From Sedimentisphaerales bacterium (GTDB lineage Bacteria > Planctomycetota > Phycisphaerae > Sedimentisphaerales > SM23-30): a stretch of 64,000 nt of DNA. The translations under genes and the position numbers were made by a program. The DNA is taken from the NCBI GenBank assembly GCA_963663805.2, contig CAXXMR010000014.1, positions 32,001 to 96,000 on the forward strand, read 5' to 3'. A model generated the notes under the pieces. It had not been told where the DNA came from. It worked only from the letters and a program-made list of their open reading frames with translations, and searched no databases. The stretch's first letter is position 1; every line of letters starts with the position of its first letter. Positions 1 to 9,699 of this stretch are shown piece by piece.

Positions 1-47
1 CGTTTGGGTGGTTGTATGGTATGGTTTTTTGGGGGTCAAATTGAGCC

Positions 48-76
48 TTGCAAGCGGTGGTTTTCCCTGCTAGTAT
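48..76 (+). promoter_or_regulatory. Putative sigma70-type promoter
   Basis: TTGCAA (48-53), 17-nt spacer, TAGTAT (71-76), upstream of the 322..3467 gene run. Confidence 0.45.
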
Positions 77-321
77 TTATTTTTCTCGGCGGCGGGCCTG
101 GGTCTGCTTTCGGGAGGCGATTAACATAAAGAAATATGCTGAGCAACCCAGCTCTGATGATGGGCCGACAGGGTCCGTGCGTTGCTTGAAAATAGACGAT
201 TCCGGTGCTGGGCCGGGTTCGGGAATGGCCGCGGGTTAATAATATCAGCCCGGCTTGTGGCTAGTCTGATTGAGTTACCGGATAAGCCCGCGACCCTTTC
301 GAGGCAGGATAAAGGGCCTTG

Positions 322-591
322 ATGGACCCCAAAGAAAGCAGCCTGGTGGAGGCGTTCGTTTCACAGCTAAGTGAAGAAGAACGCATGCTGATAATCCTCA
401 AGCGGGAGCTGTATGACAACAGCTGGGAGGCGATGCTGGCGGATTTGCGTAACCGTCTGGATGGTCGCCCTTATATATTCAAGCTGGCTAACCGGATACG
501 TGACGATATAGAGCGTATCGAGAGGCTGCGGGCTTTTGAAAATGACCATAAGGCTAATCTGGGTGATTATGTCAAACCGCCTACGCGGTGA
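322..591 (+). CDS. Small hypothetical helical protein (~89 aa)
   Basis: ORF 319..591 with ATG at 322; amphipathic charged sequence; same strand as downstream genes; no family recognised. Confidence 0.75.
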   Translation: MDPKESSLVEAFVSQLSEEERMLIILKRELYDNSWEAMLADLRNRLDGRPYIFKLANRIRDDIERIERLRAFENDHKANLGDYVKPPTR

Positions 592-608
592 GAACGGTAC
601 ATAAGACG

Positions 609-654
609 TAAGAGATAAGAGATAAGAGATAAGAGATAAGAGATAAGAGATAAG
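609..654. repeat. Heptanucleotide tandem repeat (TAAGAGA)x6 plus partial copy
   Basis: Read directly from the sequence between two CDSs. Confidence 0.95.
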
Positions 655-706
655 CAAAAACGACAAGGCAACGACTTAATATTAAACACTATTTTCGGAG
701 TTTAAG

Positions 707-1798
707 GTGTCAAAAAAATATATATTTTCTCTGCTGATGGCAACAATGATGTTTGTGGGCAGTTGGGCGGGTGCAGTTTCGGCGGCGGATGATTCCGAAA
801 ATGTTCTTACGGCTGTTCTGGAGAAGGCGGCCCTGAAGGTTGTCTGGCAAACTCAGTTTCCGCGTCAGAAGGGTGAGGTTTTTGAGCGGTTTTTTGTACA
901 TAGCGGGAATATTTATGCCCTGACCAAAGACAACATTCTTCTGGCGGTGGACGCGGCGGAAGGGACATTCAAGTGGTCGTCGAAACTGGCGACATCTGAG
1001 CCGTTCTGTTCGGAGCCGTTTTATTATCAGGGTAAGATGCTTTTTGTGCTGGGCCAGCGGATTGTGGAAGTGCTGGAGCAGGACGGCAGGATTCTGATGA
1101 AGATGGATGTTGATTTTTCACCTTCGACCAACGCGGTTCGGAACGATGAATTGCTATTTGTGGGCTGTCTGGAAAAGCGGCTTTACGCGATTCGTCTGGC
1201 CGACAAGGTTCGGATCTGGCAGAGTGTATTTTCCACTCAGCCGCTGGGTCGTCTGGCAATTCTGGATGATAAAGTTTATGTCGGCTGCGAAGACGGCAGT
1301 TTTTATGTTTCTCGTACCGAAACGAGAGAATTGGTCTGGAAACTCGACACAGCGGGTCAGCTCACCGGTGCGGTAATTGCCGGCGATGAATGTTATGTAC
1401 CAAGTATGGATACGGCCTTGTATTGTCTGGATGCCGGTAGCGGCAAGGCTTTGCGGCCCAAGTATCGCGCCGGCGGTTCACTGGCTGTTCTGCCGATCGT
1501 GACAGAAACGGCTATCTATCAGCCCATCGAACACAAGTCGCTGCTTTGCCTTAACCGTAACGATGGTACGGTTCGCTGGGAGCTTAATGATGGTGAATCG
1601 TTTCTGGCTGAAGGTAAAGATATTACATACTGTGTCAGTCTCGATAACGAAGTCGTGCTGATGAGCAATGTTACCGGAAAGAAGGTCCTGGCTTTCCAGG
1701 TGCCCGGCGTGACGCTTTACGCTCCGAACTCGGAGAGTTCGCGGGTTTATCTGGGAACCGTGGGCGGGAATGTGATTTGCCTGGAACAAAAAAAGTAA
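707..1798 (+). CDS. Exported PQQ-like beta-propeller protein (BamB-like)
   Basis: Signal peptide; repeated 'A.DxxxGxxxW' blade motifs (AVDAAEGTFKW, CLDAGSGK, CLNRNDGTVRW); GTG start after GGAG. Confidence 0.85.
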   Translation: MSKKYIFSLLMATMMFVGSWAGAVSAADDSENVLTAVLEKAALKVVWQTQFPRQKGEVFERFFVHSGNIYALTKDNILLAVDAAEGTFKWSSKLATSEPFCSEPFYYQGKMLFVLGQRIVEVLEQDGRILMKMDVDFSPSTNAVRNDELLFVGCLEKRLYAIRLADKVRIWQSVFSTQPLGRLAILDDKVYVGCEDGSFYVSRTETRELVWKLDTAGQLTGAVIAGDECYVPSMDTALYCLDAGSGKALRPKYRAGGSLAVLPIVTETAIYQPIEHKSLLCLNRNDGTVRWELNDGESFLAEGKDITYCVSLDNEVVLMSNVTGKKVLAFQVPGVTLYAPNSESSRVYLGTVGGNVICLEQKK

Positions 1799-1844
1799 TT
1801 GTCAGTTAAACGGGTATTAGAGCTTTGAGCAGAATGGAGTCGAG

Positions 1845-3467
1845 ATGGGTTCGGAATTGAAGATTAAACGTGCGTTGGTGAGTGTTTCTGATAAGGCTGG
1901 CGTGGTGGACTTTGCCCGCGGGCTGGTTGAGATGGGTGTTGAGATTATCTCAACGGGCGGAACGGCCAAGGCACTAAAGGACGGCGGCGTCGATGTAATC
2001 GGTATCGAAGATGTAACCGGTTTTCCGGAAATGATGAACGGGCGGGTCAAAACCCTGCATCCGAAGATTCACGGCGGGCTGCTGGCACTGCGTGATAACA
2101 CTGAACATGTCAAAGCGATGACTGACAACGAAATTACCGGTATCGAGCTGGTTTGCGTTAATCTTTATCCGTTTGAAAAGACGGTGGCCAAGGAAGATTG
2201 TGATTTCGCTGAAGCTATCGAGAATATCGACATCGGCGGGCCGAGCATGGTTCGCAGCGCTGCCAAGAATCACAAGTTTGTGACGATCGTTACCGACGCT
2301 GGCCAATACGAAACTGTTTTGGCGGAAATGAAATCTAACGACGGCAGTGTCAGTGACGCGACCCGGCGGGAACTGGCTCGCAAGGCTTTCGCATTGACGG
2401 CGGCTTATGATTCGGCGATAAGTACTTACTTTGCGGAGCAGGCGGAAGTGCGGTTCCCGGAAAGTCTGACGCTGGCAGTGAAACGCGGGGCGGAATTGCG
2501 TTATGGCGAGAATCCTCATCAGCCGGCGGCGTTTTATCGTCTGGCCAAGGGTACGAACGAGCCTTGCGTGGCGGGTGCTCGTCAACTGGAAGGCGGCAAG
2601 CAGATAAGTTTTAATAATCTGATGGATACGAACGCAGCGTTCGAGCTGGTCAAGGAATTTGATGAGCCAGCGGCGGTAGTAGTTAAACATATGAACCCGT
2701 GCGGCACGGCAGTTGATACTAATATCGTGGAGGCGTATCGCAAGGCTTATACGGCTGATGTGGTAAGTGCTTTTGGCGGTATCGTCGCTTTGAATCGGCC
2801 GGTGAATGTTGAACTGGCAGAAGCGATTGCGGAATCGTACGGTAAGTGGGGCAAGTCGCTGGGCGCGGGCGGGTTCTTTGCTGAGGTCATTATCGCTCCG
2901 TCGTTTGACGCTGACGCGGTCGAGCTGATTCGCACCCGTAAACGCTGGGGCAAGGAAGATGTTCGCCTGCTGGAAACCGGACCTATCGACAGAACGCTGT
3001 TTGACAAAAACGAATATGATGTCCGCTGTATCGTGGGCGGGCTGCTGGTACAGAATCGCGACCTTATCGGCTGGGAAGATGACCAGATTCAGTGCGTAAC
3101 CAAACGCAAGCCGACCGGCGCGGAACTGGCTGACTTGAAGCTGGCGTGGACGGTTGTCAAACACGTTAAGAGTAACACAATTGTGCTGGCCAAGGACAAA
3201 GCGGTTGTGGGTGTTGGGGCAGGTCAGATGAACCGGGTTGATTCGGGTATGCTGGCGATTCGTCAGGCGGGCGAGGGTTCTAACGGTTCAGCGATGGCGT
3301 CGGACGCGTTCTTCCCGTTCCCGGATAATGTGACCCAGGCTGCCCAGGCGGGTATTCGGGCGATTGTCCAGCCGGGCGGTTCGAAGAATGACCAGTTGAG
3401 CGTAGATGAATGCGACAAGCATGGCATCACAATGGTCTTTACGGGTAAACGTCACTTTTTGCATTGA
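1845..3467 (+). CDS. purH: Bifunctional AICAR transformylase/IMP cyclohydrolase
   Basis: RALVSVSDK, GRVKTLHPKIHGG, ENIDIGGP, LRYGENPHQ, ASDAFFPF, C-terminal TGKRHFLH. Confidence 0.98.
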   Translation: MGSELKIKRALVSVSDKAGVVDFARGLVEMGVEIISTGGTAKALKDGGVDVIGIEDVTGFPEMMNGRVKTLHPKIHGGLLALRDNTEHVKAMTDNEITGIELVCVNLYPFEKTVAKEDCDFAEAIENIDIGGPSMVRSAAKNHKFVTIVTDAGQYETVLAEMKSNDGSVSDATRRELARKAFALTAAYDSAISTYFAEQAEVRFPESLTLAVKRGAELRYGENPHQPAAFYRLAKGTNEPCVAGARQLEGGKQISFNNLMDTNAAFELVKEFDEPAAVVVKHMNPCGTAVDTNIVEAYRKAYTADVVSAFGGIVALNRPVNVELAEAIAESYGKWGKSLGAGGFFAEVIIAPSFDADAVELIRTRKRWGKEDVRLLETGPIDRTLFDKNEYDVRCIVGGLLVQNRDLIGWEDDQIQCVTKRKPTGAELADLKLAWTVVKHVKSNTIVLAKDKAVVGVGAGQMNRVDSGMLAIRQAGEGSNGSAMASDAFFPFPDNVTQAAQAGIRAIVQPGGSKNDQLSVDECDKHGITMVFTGKRHFLH

Positions 3468-3483
3468 GTGAAGATATAAGAAA

Positions 3484-4074
3484 TTAGAGTGTAAGGTTTT
3501 GCAGCAGGGTGTTGAGAACTTTGGGGAGGGGACAAAGCTCTTCGTCCTGCTCGGCGGTGAGGATTGCGCCGAAGATTGCGGCTTGAGTTAGTTGGGCGAT
3601 AGTGGCTGCGTCTGATTGTTTGTTTATTTTTCCGGCGGCTTGGGCGGTTTGGGCGGCGGTTTGCCATTGGCTGATAAGCCATTTGAGGATTTCTGCCAAT
3701 GCGGTTTTAAGTCTGCTCTGCGTGGTGGTTGTTTCATTGCTGAGTCGCAGAATGAGCAGGCAGTTGGTCCATTTGCCGGAGGTGTTCAGCTCTATTACCC
3801 GCTGGATAAGAGTCTGGAATTGCTGGTCTGGCTCGGTTCGCTCCCGCACAAAATCGAAAAGCTGCTGCTGGTATTCACGACGGGCCTGTTCGAGGATAGC
3901 AAGGGCAAGGTCTTCCTTGGAGCGGAAATGGTGATAAAAGGCCCCCTTGCTGAGCGATACGGTGTCGAGCAGGTCGCTGGTGCTGGTATTGGCATAACCA
4001 TGGAGGGCGAAAAGGGCGCGGGCGGATTCAATTATGTCAGCGTGAGTTTTTTGGCCTTGTTCGATTCTGTTCAT
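3484..4074 (-). CDS. TetR/AcrR family transcriptional regulator
   Basis: N-terminal HTH 'ALFALHGYANTS...LSKGAFYHHFRSKEDL'. Confidence 0.93.
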   Translation of the reverse strand: MNRIEQGQKTHADIIESARALFALHGYANTSTSDLLDTVSLSKGAFYHHFRSKEDLALAILEQARREYQQQLFDFVRERTEPDQQFQTLIQRVIELNTSGKWTNCLLILRLSNETTTTQSRLKTALAEILKWLISQWQTAAQTAQAAGKINKQSDAATIAQLTQAAIFGAILTAEQDEELCPLPKVLNTLLQNLTL

Positions 4075-4100
4075 TATCTGATCCTGTAAAAGACCGGGGC

Positions 4101-4129
4101 ATTATATAGTGAAATTGCCAGTGATGCAA
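4101..4129 (-). promoter_or_regulatory. Putative sigma70 promoter of the TetR gene
   Basis: Minus strand TTGCAT-N17-TATAAT ending 27 nt before the ATG. Confidence 0.6.
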
Positions 4130-4310
4130 TAACGAAGAATGTTTGGGAGTTTAACCTCTAAACCAGATAAACTCAAAATTCAAAACAACACAAACAACGA
4201 CAATATTTAGCCGCGGATTACGCGGATTTTTAACGGCAATTAATTTTCTTTCGCCCCTTTGGGGTCTTTTAAGAAAAAAGCTGTGAACGGTTTAGAAAAC
4301 ATAAAAATAT

Positions 4311-4509
4311 GTAAGCGTTCACGGTATTTCAAATTGAGCGGCATCGATACGATTATGCTGCCCTTACAGGGCGAAAAGAATATGTTGGCCATGTTTTCCC
4401 AGGGTGTTGTTCGCTGTGCTCACTTTGCCCTGGGCTAAGTTATGTCGGCCTTTCAGGCCTAACAAAGAAGCAATTGGCTTACATCTTGCAAAAACGAGTG
4501 AACGGTTAC
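4311..4509. mobile_element. Putative MITE/REP-carrying non-autonomous element
   Basis: Terminal inverted repeats GTAAGCGTTCAC (4311-4322) and GTGAACGGTTAC (4498-4509), 1 mismatch; internal palindromes GCCCT-tac-AGGGC, CCCAGGG...CCCTGGG, GGCCT-ttc-AGGCC; no TSD seen. Confidence 0.55.
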
Positions 4510-4753
4510 AGAATCTCAATTTTTAAACAACGGCCTAAAATAACGGTTTTGGGTGGTCTAATCCCGGCGCTTGCGATTCGGGTTTTTGTTTGCCCCCCCT
4601 TACGTATGCGGTTTTGGTAAATTGTTGCCATTTTGCGTAAAATTTCACTGGTAAGAGACTAAAAATGGTGGATTGGGAAATTTAGGCTTTGTAGGTAATA
4701 GCGAAGGTGTTATATTCGCCTGAGAAAAAGATTTTTGCAAGGATGGTGGAATA

Positions 4754-5146
4754 ATGACTGACATACAACCTATAATCACCATAGAACATCGGGGTGATGT
4801 AAAAATCGTGGTGATACTTGAAGAAAGCCTGCTCAGCGATGTTAATCTGAACCGGCTGGAAATGGCTTTGACACCGTTGGCACTGGTAGATGGGCCCATA
4901 AGGCTGATAATTGATTTTCACAAGGTCTGCTCGGTAAGTTCATCCGTGCTGGGTTTTCTGGTAACGTTTAAGAAACTAATAGCAGAGTATCAGGGTCGGC
5001 TGATACTCTGCTGTATCGAAAAAAAAGTTGCCAATGCCCCTTCGGACCGATATATTTATGAGTTGTTCAAAGTTGTCCAGCTCGATCGCTTCTTCGAAAT
5101 TGCCGCTGATGTCGAAGAGGCTCTGGCAAAAATGAATCCGTCGTAA
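4754..5146 (+). CDS. STAS-domain anti-sigma factor antagonist
   Basis: LIIDFHKVCSVSSSVLGFLV motif with phosphorylatable Ser; C-terminal FEI..DVEEAL. Confidence 0.88.
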   Translation: MTDIQPIITIEHRGDVKIVVILEESLLSDVNLNRLEMALTPLALVDGPIRLIIDFHKVCSVSSSVLGFLVTFKKLIAEYQGRLILCCIEKKVANAPSDRYIYELFKVVQLDRFFEIAADVEEALAKMNPS

Positions 5147-5156
5147 AGGACTTACC

Positions 5157-5537
5157 ATGAGTGAGACACAACCTACTGTCGCTGTGGAATACCGGGGCAA
5201 GGCGGCTGTCGTTACGGTTATCGTGGCTAACATTCTCAGTGAGGATGAGCTTAATCGGCTGAAACAGGCGGTCAATCCGCTGCTGAGCGACAGTGGGCTG
5301 GTCCTCATTATGGATTTTACCGATGTGCGAAGTATTTCCTCATCGGTCATTGGGTATCTGGTTAGCTTGAAAAAGTATATTGACGGCAAGGGAGGGGTTT
5401 TTCGCGTTTGCTGTATAGACAAAAAAGTGACCAGCACCAGTTCCGACAAATATGTCTACGAGATTTTCAAGATTGTCAAACTGGATACTTTTTTTCACAT
5501 CTGTCCTACGGTTGAAGATGCTCTGGCAAGTTTCTGA
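5157..5537 (+). CDS. STAS-domain anti-sigma factor antagonist (paralogue)
   Basis: LIMDFTDVRSISSSVIGYLV; C-terminal TVEDAL; tandem paralogue of the upstream gene. Confidence 0.88.
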   Translation: MSETQPTVAVEYRGKAAVVTVIVANILSEDELNRLKQAVNPLLSDSGLVLIMDFTDVRSISSSVIGYLVSLKKYIDGKGGVFRVCCIDKKVTSTSSDKYVYEIFKIVKLDTFFHICPTVEDALASF

Positions 5538-5541
5538 GGAC

Positions 5542-5578
5542 AAAAAAAAGTCGACTGAGCTTTGAAACCCAGTCGACC
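5542..5578 (-). terminator. Intrinsic terminator between convergent STAS and MCP genes
   Basis: GTCGACTG...CAGTCGAC hairpin preceded by A8 on the + strand (U-tract on -). Confidence 0.75.
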
Positions 5579-5635
5579 TCGCATAGGTATTTAGTTATCG
5601 TCTTCAGGATGAAAAGAACTTCATCCCAAGTTTAA

Positions 5636-7975
5636 CTAACCATTGAAATCATCAAAATCATCATCCATAGGAAGGGCTTTTTGCGCCGCGGCCGCAACCG
5701 GTTTGGTTCCGGAACCGGAATGACTTGCTATCCGATGGAAAGCATGGTCGGAATGACTCAGTCCTTTACCGCCAATCGAGGCCCTACCGGTTTGACGTTT
5801 GGATGCCCCACCTACCAGAGTTACCAGTTCCTGAACGGCCAGTTTCATCTGCTCAGCCTGAGCGGAAAGTTCCTCGGAAGCGCTGGCGGATTCTTCGGCG
5901 TTGGCAGCGTTCTGCTGGGTTACCGTATCCATCTGGCGCATGGCAGTATTGACCTGCTCGATTCCCTGGGCCTGTTCGTTGGAGGCGATAGCGATTTCGC
6001 TGACCAGGTCGGTGGTTTTGCCGATGCCGGTCACGATTTCACCGAGTGCCTTGGCGACTTCGCTGGTGATTTCCACGCCGTTCTGAGCATTCTTGACCGA
6101 TTCTTCGATCATAGCAGAAGTGTTTTTAGCAGCTTCGGCTGAGCGCATAGCGAGGTTACGAACTTCCTCAGCGACGACGGCGAAACCTTTACCGGCTTCA
6201 CCGGCGCGGGCTGCTTCGACGGCGGCATTAAGTGCCAGCAGATTTGTCTGGAAGGCGATTTCGTCGATAACCTTGATAATCTTGGCAGTCTCGTCGCTGC
6301 TGCGTTGGATTTCATTGATGGCACCGCTCATGCGTTCCATCGACTGCGAACCGCTGTCGGCTGCTTTGCTGGCTTCGGTTGCCAAACCGTTGGCCTGCTG
6401 AGCGTTGTCGGCGTTTTGCTTGACCATGGTGGCCATCTCTTCGAGCGAGGAAGAAGTTTCTTCCAGGGAGGCGGCCTGCTCGGTCGAACCTTCAGCCAAA
6501 GACTGCGAAGCGGCAGAGACCTGACCTGAGGCAGAAGCAACCTGTTCGGCACCTTCGTTTAGACCTTCGATAATACGATTGAGCAGTTTGGTTATACTGC
6601 CGGTGATATAGAAGGCCGACAGAATGGCGATTAAGGTACCGATTGCCAGACCGACAATCATAATCGTGGAACTGGTTGCCAATGACGACGCGGCGTCTTT
6701 GGCGATAGTCTCGGTCTGGGTCATACCTGCTTCGGCGGTGGTTTTGCAAGCTTCGATAACCTTAGCACCGGCTTCGCTGCGTAATCCGCTCAATTCCTGG
6801 AGTCTGGTCCATTTATCAAGGAATGTCGAAAGAGCCTTGGCGTAATTGTTACCGGCATTTTGAGTGTTATCAATTCGTTTCAGGTCATCTTCCAGCCGAG
6901 TGATTTTCCGCAAGTCATCATATTTGGCATCAAGTTTGGGGAAGTTTTCCAGAGCAGCCTTTATGATAGGTGGCGAACGCAATGCCTGCGATTTGTAGGC
7001 ATTGATACGAGCGTCATTACCCAGGTCAATTATATCATTTACGAGAGAGATTTTTTCATGGCGTTCGAGCATTTCTTTGTTAAGAGCATTCTGCTGGCTT
7101 TCCAGGAAATTCTGGCAGTTCTGAACGTATTTAGCGGCGTTGTCATCCATCTTTGTCCGGAATTTGGTTATTTCCTCGGCACTGGCGGCATCGCCCTTCT
7201 TAAACTCTTCCAGGAAAGACTTCATCGCCTGACCATAAGTCTGGCCCGCGGTTTCAATAGCCTGAATCTGGTCCAGATTGACCTTCTGCTTCGTTATGGG
7301 GCGAATTTCTGCAATATGTTTGCCCAGCCCGTCTAACATTGAAATGGCATTTTGCATCAAGTCGGCATCAGCGGTTGCCTGGGCTTTGAAGTTTGTTACC
7401 CGAACGTTAGTACCCAAATCAACAATACCGGTTACGATTTCGATTTTCTTTTGACGGTCCTCGAGGTCGCGTTTGAAGGCCTGATTTTGTCCTTCGAGGA
7501 ATTCAGCGCAATTCTGCATATAAGTCGCGGCATTTTCATCAAGTTTCTTTCTTTCGTCATTCAGCAGGGTAATGGTAGACTCTGTTTCCTGCATGAGTTT
7601 TTCATATTCATTTACCGCTTGTGTGGCAGTATCGACCTGGCCTTTGAGAGCCTTGAGATATACAGCCCTGTCAGCCAGGGCGGAGGCCTCTTGCAGATGC
7701 CCTCTGACAGTTTCCATCTCCGCCTGGGCCTTGTCATAGAAGTCCTGTTCTTCGGTATATCCATAACCGCGCATTTCATACATAACCCGGTTGGAAGCGC
7801 CGCGGAGTTCGTTGGCCACTTTTACTTCCGGGACATATTCCTGGTCAAGTTTGAGGGAGTTGTTTTTAGCGGTCAGCATACTCCAGACTCCCAGGCCGCC
7901 CAGGGCGACAGCTATCAATACTACAACAAAAAAACCTAACGCGATTCTTTTACCCAATGTCATTTGACTACCCAT
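5636..7975 (-). CDS. Methyl-accepting chemotaxis protein with large helical periplasmic domain
   Basis: Two TM segments; [37 protein letters not shown] signalling motif; C-terminal DDFDDF; start placed at ATG 7975. Confidence 0.95.
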   Translation of the reverse strand: MGSQMTLGKRIALGFFVVVLIAVALGGLGVWSMLTAKNNSLKLDQEYVPEVKVANELRGASNRVMYEMRGYGYTEEQDFYDKAQAEMETVRGHLQEASALADRAVYLKALKGQVDTATQAVNEYEKLMQETESTITLLNDERKKLDENAATYMQNCAEFLEGQNQAFKRDLEDRQKKIEIVTGIVDLGTNVRVTNFKAQATADADLMQNAISMLDGLGKHIAEIRPITKQKVNLDQIQAIETAGQTYGQAMKSFLEEFKKGDAASAEEITKFRTKMDDNAAKYVQNCQNFLESQQNALNKEMLERHEKISLVNDIIDLGNDARINAYKSQALRSPPIIKAALENFPKLDAKYDDLRKITRLEDDLKRIDNTQNAGNNYAKALSTFLDKWTRLQELSGLRSEAGAKVIEACKTTAEAGMTQTETIAKDAASSLATSSTIMIVGLAIGTLIAILSAFYITGSITKLLNRIIEGLNEGAEQVASASGQVSAASQSLAEGSTEQAASLEETSSSLEEMATMVKQNADNAQQANGLATEASKAADSGSQSMERMSGAINEIQRSSDETAKIIKVIDEIAFQTNLLALNAAVEAARAGEAGKGFAVVAEEVRNLAMRSAEAAKNTSAMIEESVKNAQNGVEITSEVAKALGEIVTGIGKTTDLVSEIAIASNEQAQGIEQVNTAMRQMDTVTQQNAANAEESASASEELSAQAEQMKLAVQELVTLVGGASKRQTGRASIGGKGLSHSDHAFHRIASHSGSGTKPVAAAAQKALPMDDDFDDFNG

Positions 7976-8092
7976 GGTACAGTTCCTTTCTGATATATTT
8001 CTTAAAACTACCAATTACACATAAAACTCACATTCTATTTTCCCGACCGAATGCCTCTACGCTTTTTCGGCGTGAGCCCCGAAATAACTATA

Positions 8093-9670
8093 TCATAGGC
8101 CCCTCTCCGTTGTTTTTTCGATAAGATTCAAGGTCATGTTAAAACTAGAAAGGTTTTCCGTAAAACCGTTATTAACCGCTACGCCTTCCTGCTGGAGCAT
8201 AATTGATTGCACAATTTCCCCGGCATTGGCGGCCTGAGCGGATGAACCAAGATATTGATTGTTTTGGTCATTATTCTTCCAGACGACCTCCAGGTCATCG
8301 TTTTGATAATCGTATATCATCGCAGCCGAGGTCGCCTGAGGGTTGTGGAAGACCTGGATCTGAGCCAACTGATAGCCTTCCTCGACTATCTTGTCGATAA
8401 TATTCAGCGTGCTCTCCAGATGAGGGGCTACTACGGTAAAGACCAGTTGTCTTTTTTCGCTGGGATATATATCAAAACTTTCAATACGTTTAATCATCTG
8501 CCCCAGCAGATTTGTTCCGTCAGCACCGTACAGTTTGTCACGAGGGCTGACATGGGCCAGATAGGCAAATTTTTTGGGATGCGAAATGAGCAGTCCAGTG
8601 CAGGTTGAAATTCCAAAAGTTTCAAGGATCTGCCCCTGTGAGGCCTTGAGAAATTCGTCCATATCTACCAGCATCACGGGTTTGTGGCCTTTGAGCCTGG
8701 TCTGGCAGGTGGCCGCTATACCAGGATTCTGGAGGTTTTGCAGGAGCTTATCCGCGTAAAACCTGCGATGCTGAACGTAATGGTCGGTAGTTATTTCGTC
8801 CATATCGACCTTAGCAACGGCGAGCCATGGCGTCCCCATATATTCGACAACCTCAAATGATGTTAATGCTGTACGTCCCCGATAGTCTGTCACTACTCGA
8901 TGCCCCTGCCCATCCGCAAACTTGGTCTGAATATTGCGATCGTCAAGACGTTTTTCCAGGATGGTCGATGCGCCTGTAAAATTAGACTCTGTGAGCATGA
9001 TGCCTTCCTGATTGACCAGGAACGTCTCTCCGGTTTCGCCGAGGTCTTCGGTCCAGGCAAAAAGTGAATTAATTTTATTAATGGCACATTGCAGAACAAT
9101 CCACCCCATAAATTCACTGTCACGAAATATAGGCTCAACGAAAAAGGCGGCCGGCTCGTCCGACGGACCGTAATTGTGAAAGTCAACGAAACACTCGGTC
9201 TTAGGTGCCGAATCAAGACATTGGGCCAGCGCACTTTCCTTGAAGTCGCTGTCATGCAGATTCGCCATAAAATCCGCTTCCTTGCGGATGGAATAAAATA
9301 CATTGCCCTGGCCGTCTACAAAAAGAATGTCATAGAAAGTAAAATAGTTTTCGATGTAATAGCGATTAAATCCATCCCTGAGCTTCTTAATTCTATCTCG
9401 CAGTTCTCCGGGCATATCTTCCTGAGTTTGGGCCAGGGCAAATTTAAGATTTACCTCAAAAAAAGCCAATACCTTCTGGTCCTCCCTCGCCTCCTGTGCC
9501 AGATTGTGCATACGGTCGGTGAATCGCTGCAACTGTTGAATTTTTTCATTGCGGGCATAATCCAGCCGCACCAGCGCCCAATCGTAAGGGCTCTTATCCG
9601 CTCGACTCTCGGCGTTGAGAATCATTACTAGCGTCAGAGCTAAAATTGTTATTATTTTGTAGTGTTTCAT
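8093..9670 (-). CDS. Exported dCache-like sensor domain fused to a CheD-like (CNF1/YfiH-fold) domain
   Basis: Single N-terminal hydrophobic segment; Cache motifs YDILFVD.QGNVFYS, DF.NY.PS..PAAF, LGETGETFLV, DYRG; C-terminal ETFGISTC...AYLAHVSP resembling the CheD Cys/His motif. Confidence 0.7.
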   Translation of the reverse strand: MKHYKIITILALTLVMILNAESRADKSPYDWALVRLDYARNEKIQQLQRFTDRMHNLAQEAREDQKVLAFFEVNLKFALAQTQEDMPGELRDRIKKLRDGFNRYYIENYFTFYDILFVDGQGNVFYSIRKEADFMANLHDSDFKESALAQCLDSAPKTECFVDFHNYGPSDEPAAFFVEPIFRDSEFMGWIVLQCAINKINSLFAWTEDLGETGETFLVNQEGIMLTESNFTGASTILEKRLDDRNIQTKFADGQGHRVVTDYRGRTALTSFEVVEYMGTPWLAVAKVDMDEITTDHYVQHRRFYADKLLQNLQNPGIAATCQTRLKGHKPVMLVDMDEFLKASQGQILETFGISTCTGLLISHPKKFAYLAHVSPRDKLYGADGTNLLGQMIKRIESFDIYPSEKRQLVFTVVAPHLESTLNIIDKIVEEGYQLAQIQVFHNPQATSAAMIYDYQNDDLEVVWKNNDQNNQYLGSSAQAANAGEIVQSIMLQQEGVAVNNGFTENLSSFNMTLNLIEKTTERGL

Positions 9671-9699
9671 GTAGGCTTACCGTTTTGTGGGCGATGCGA

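Noticed and set aside
154..192. CTGATGA...GAAA as a hammerhead ribozyme core
   Set aside because: Stem II cannot close next to GAAA and no stem I/III partner was found
112..239. GGAGG followed by ATT, resembling an infC-type start
   Set aside because: The downstream peptide has no IF3 motifs and stops after about 40 codons
367..666. 99-aa minus-strand ORF with ISYLLSL repeats
   Set aside because: Translation artefact of the 7-bp microsatellite, antisense to a better ORF
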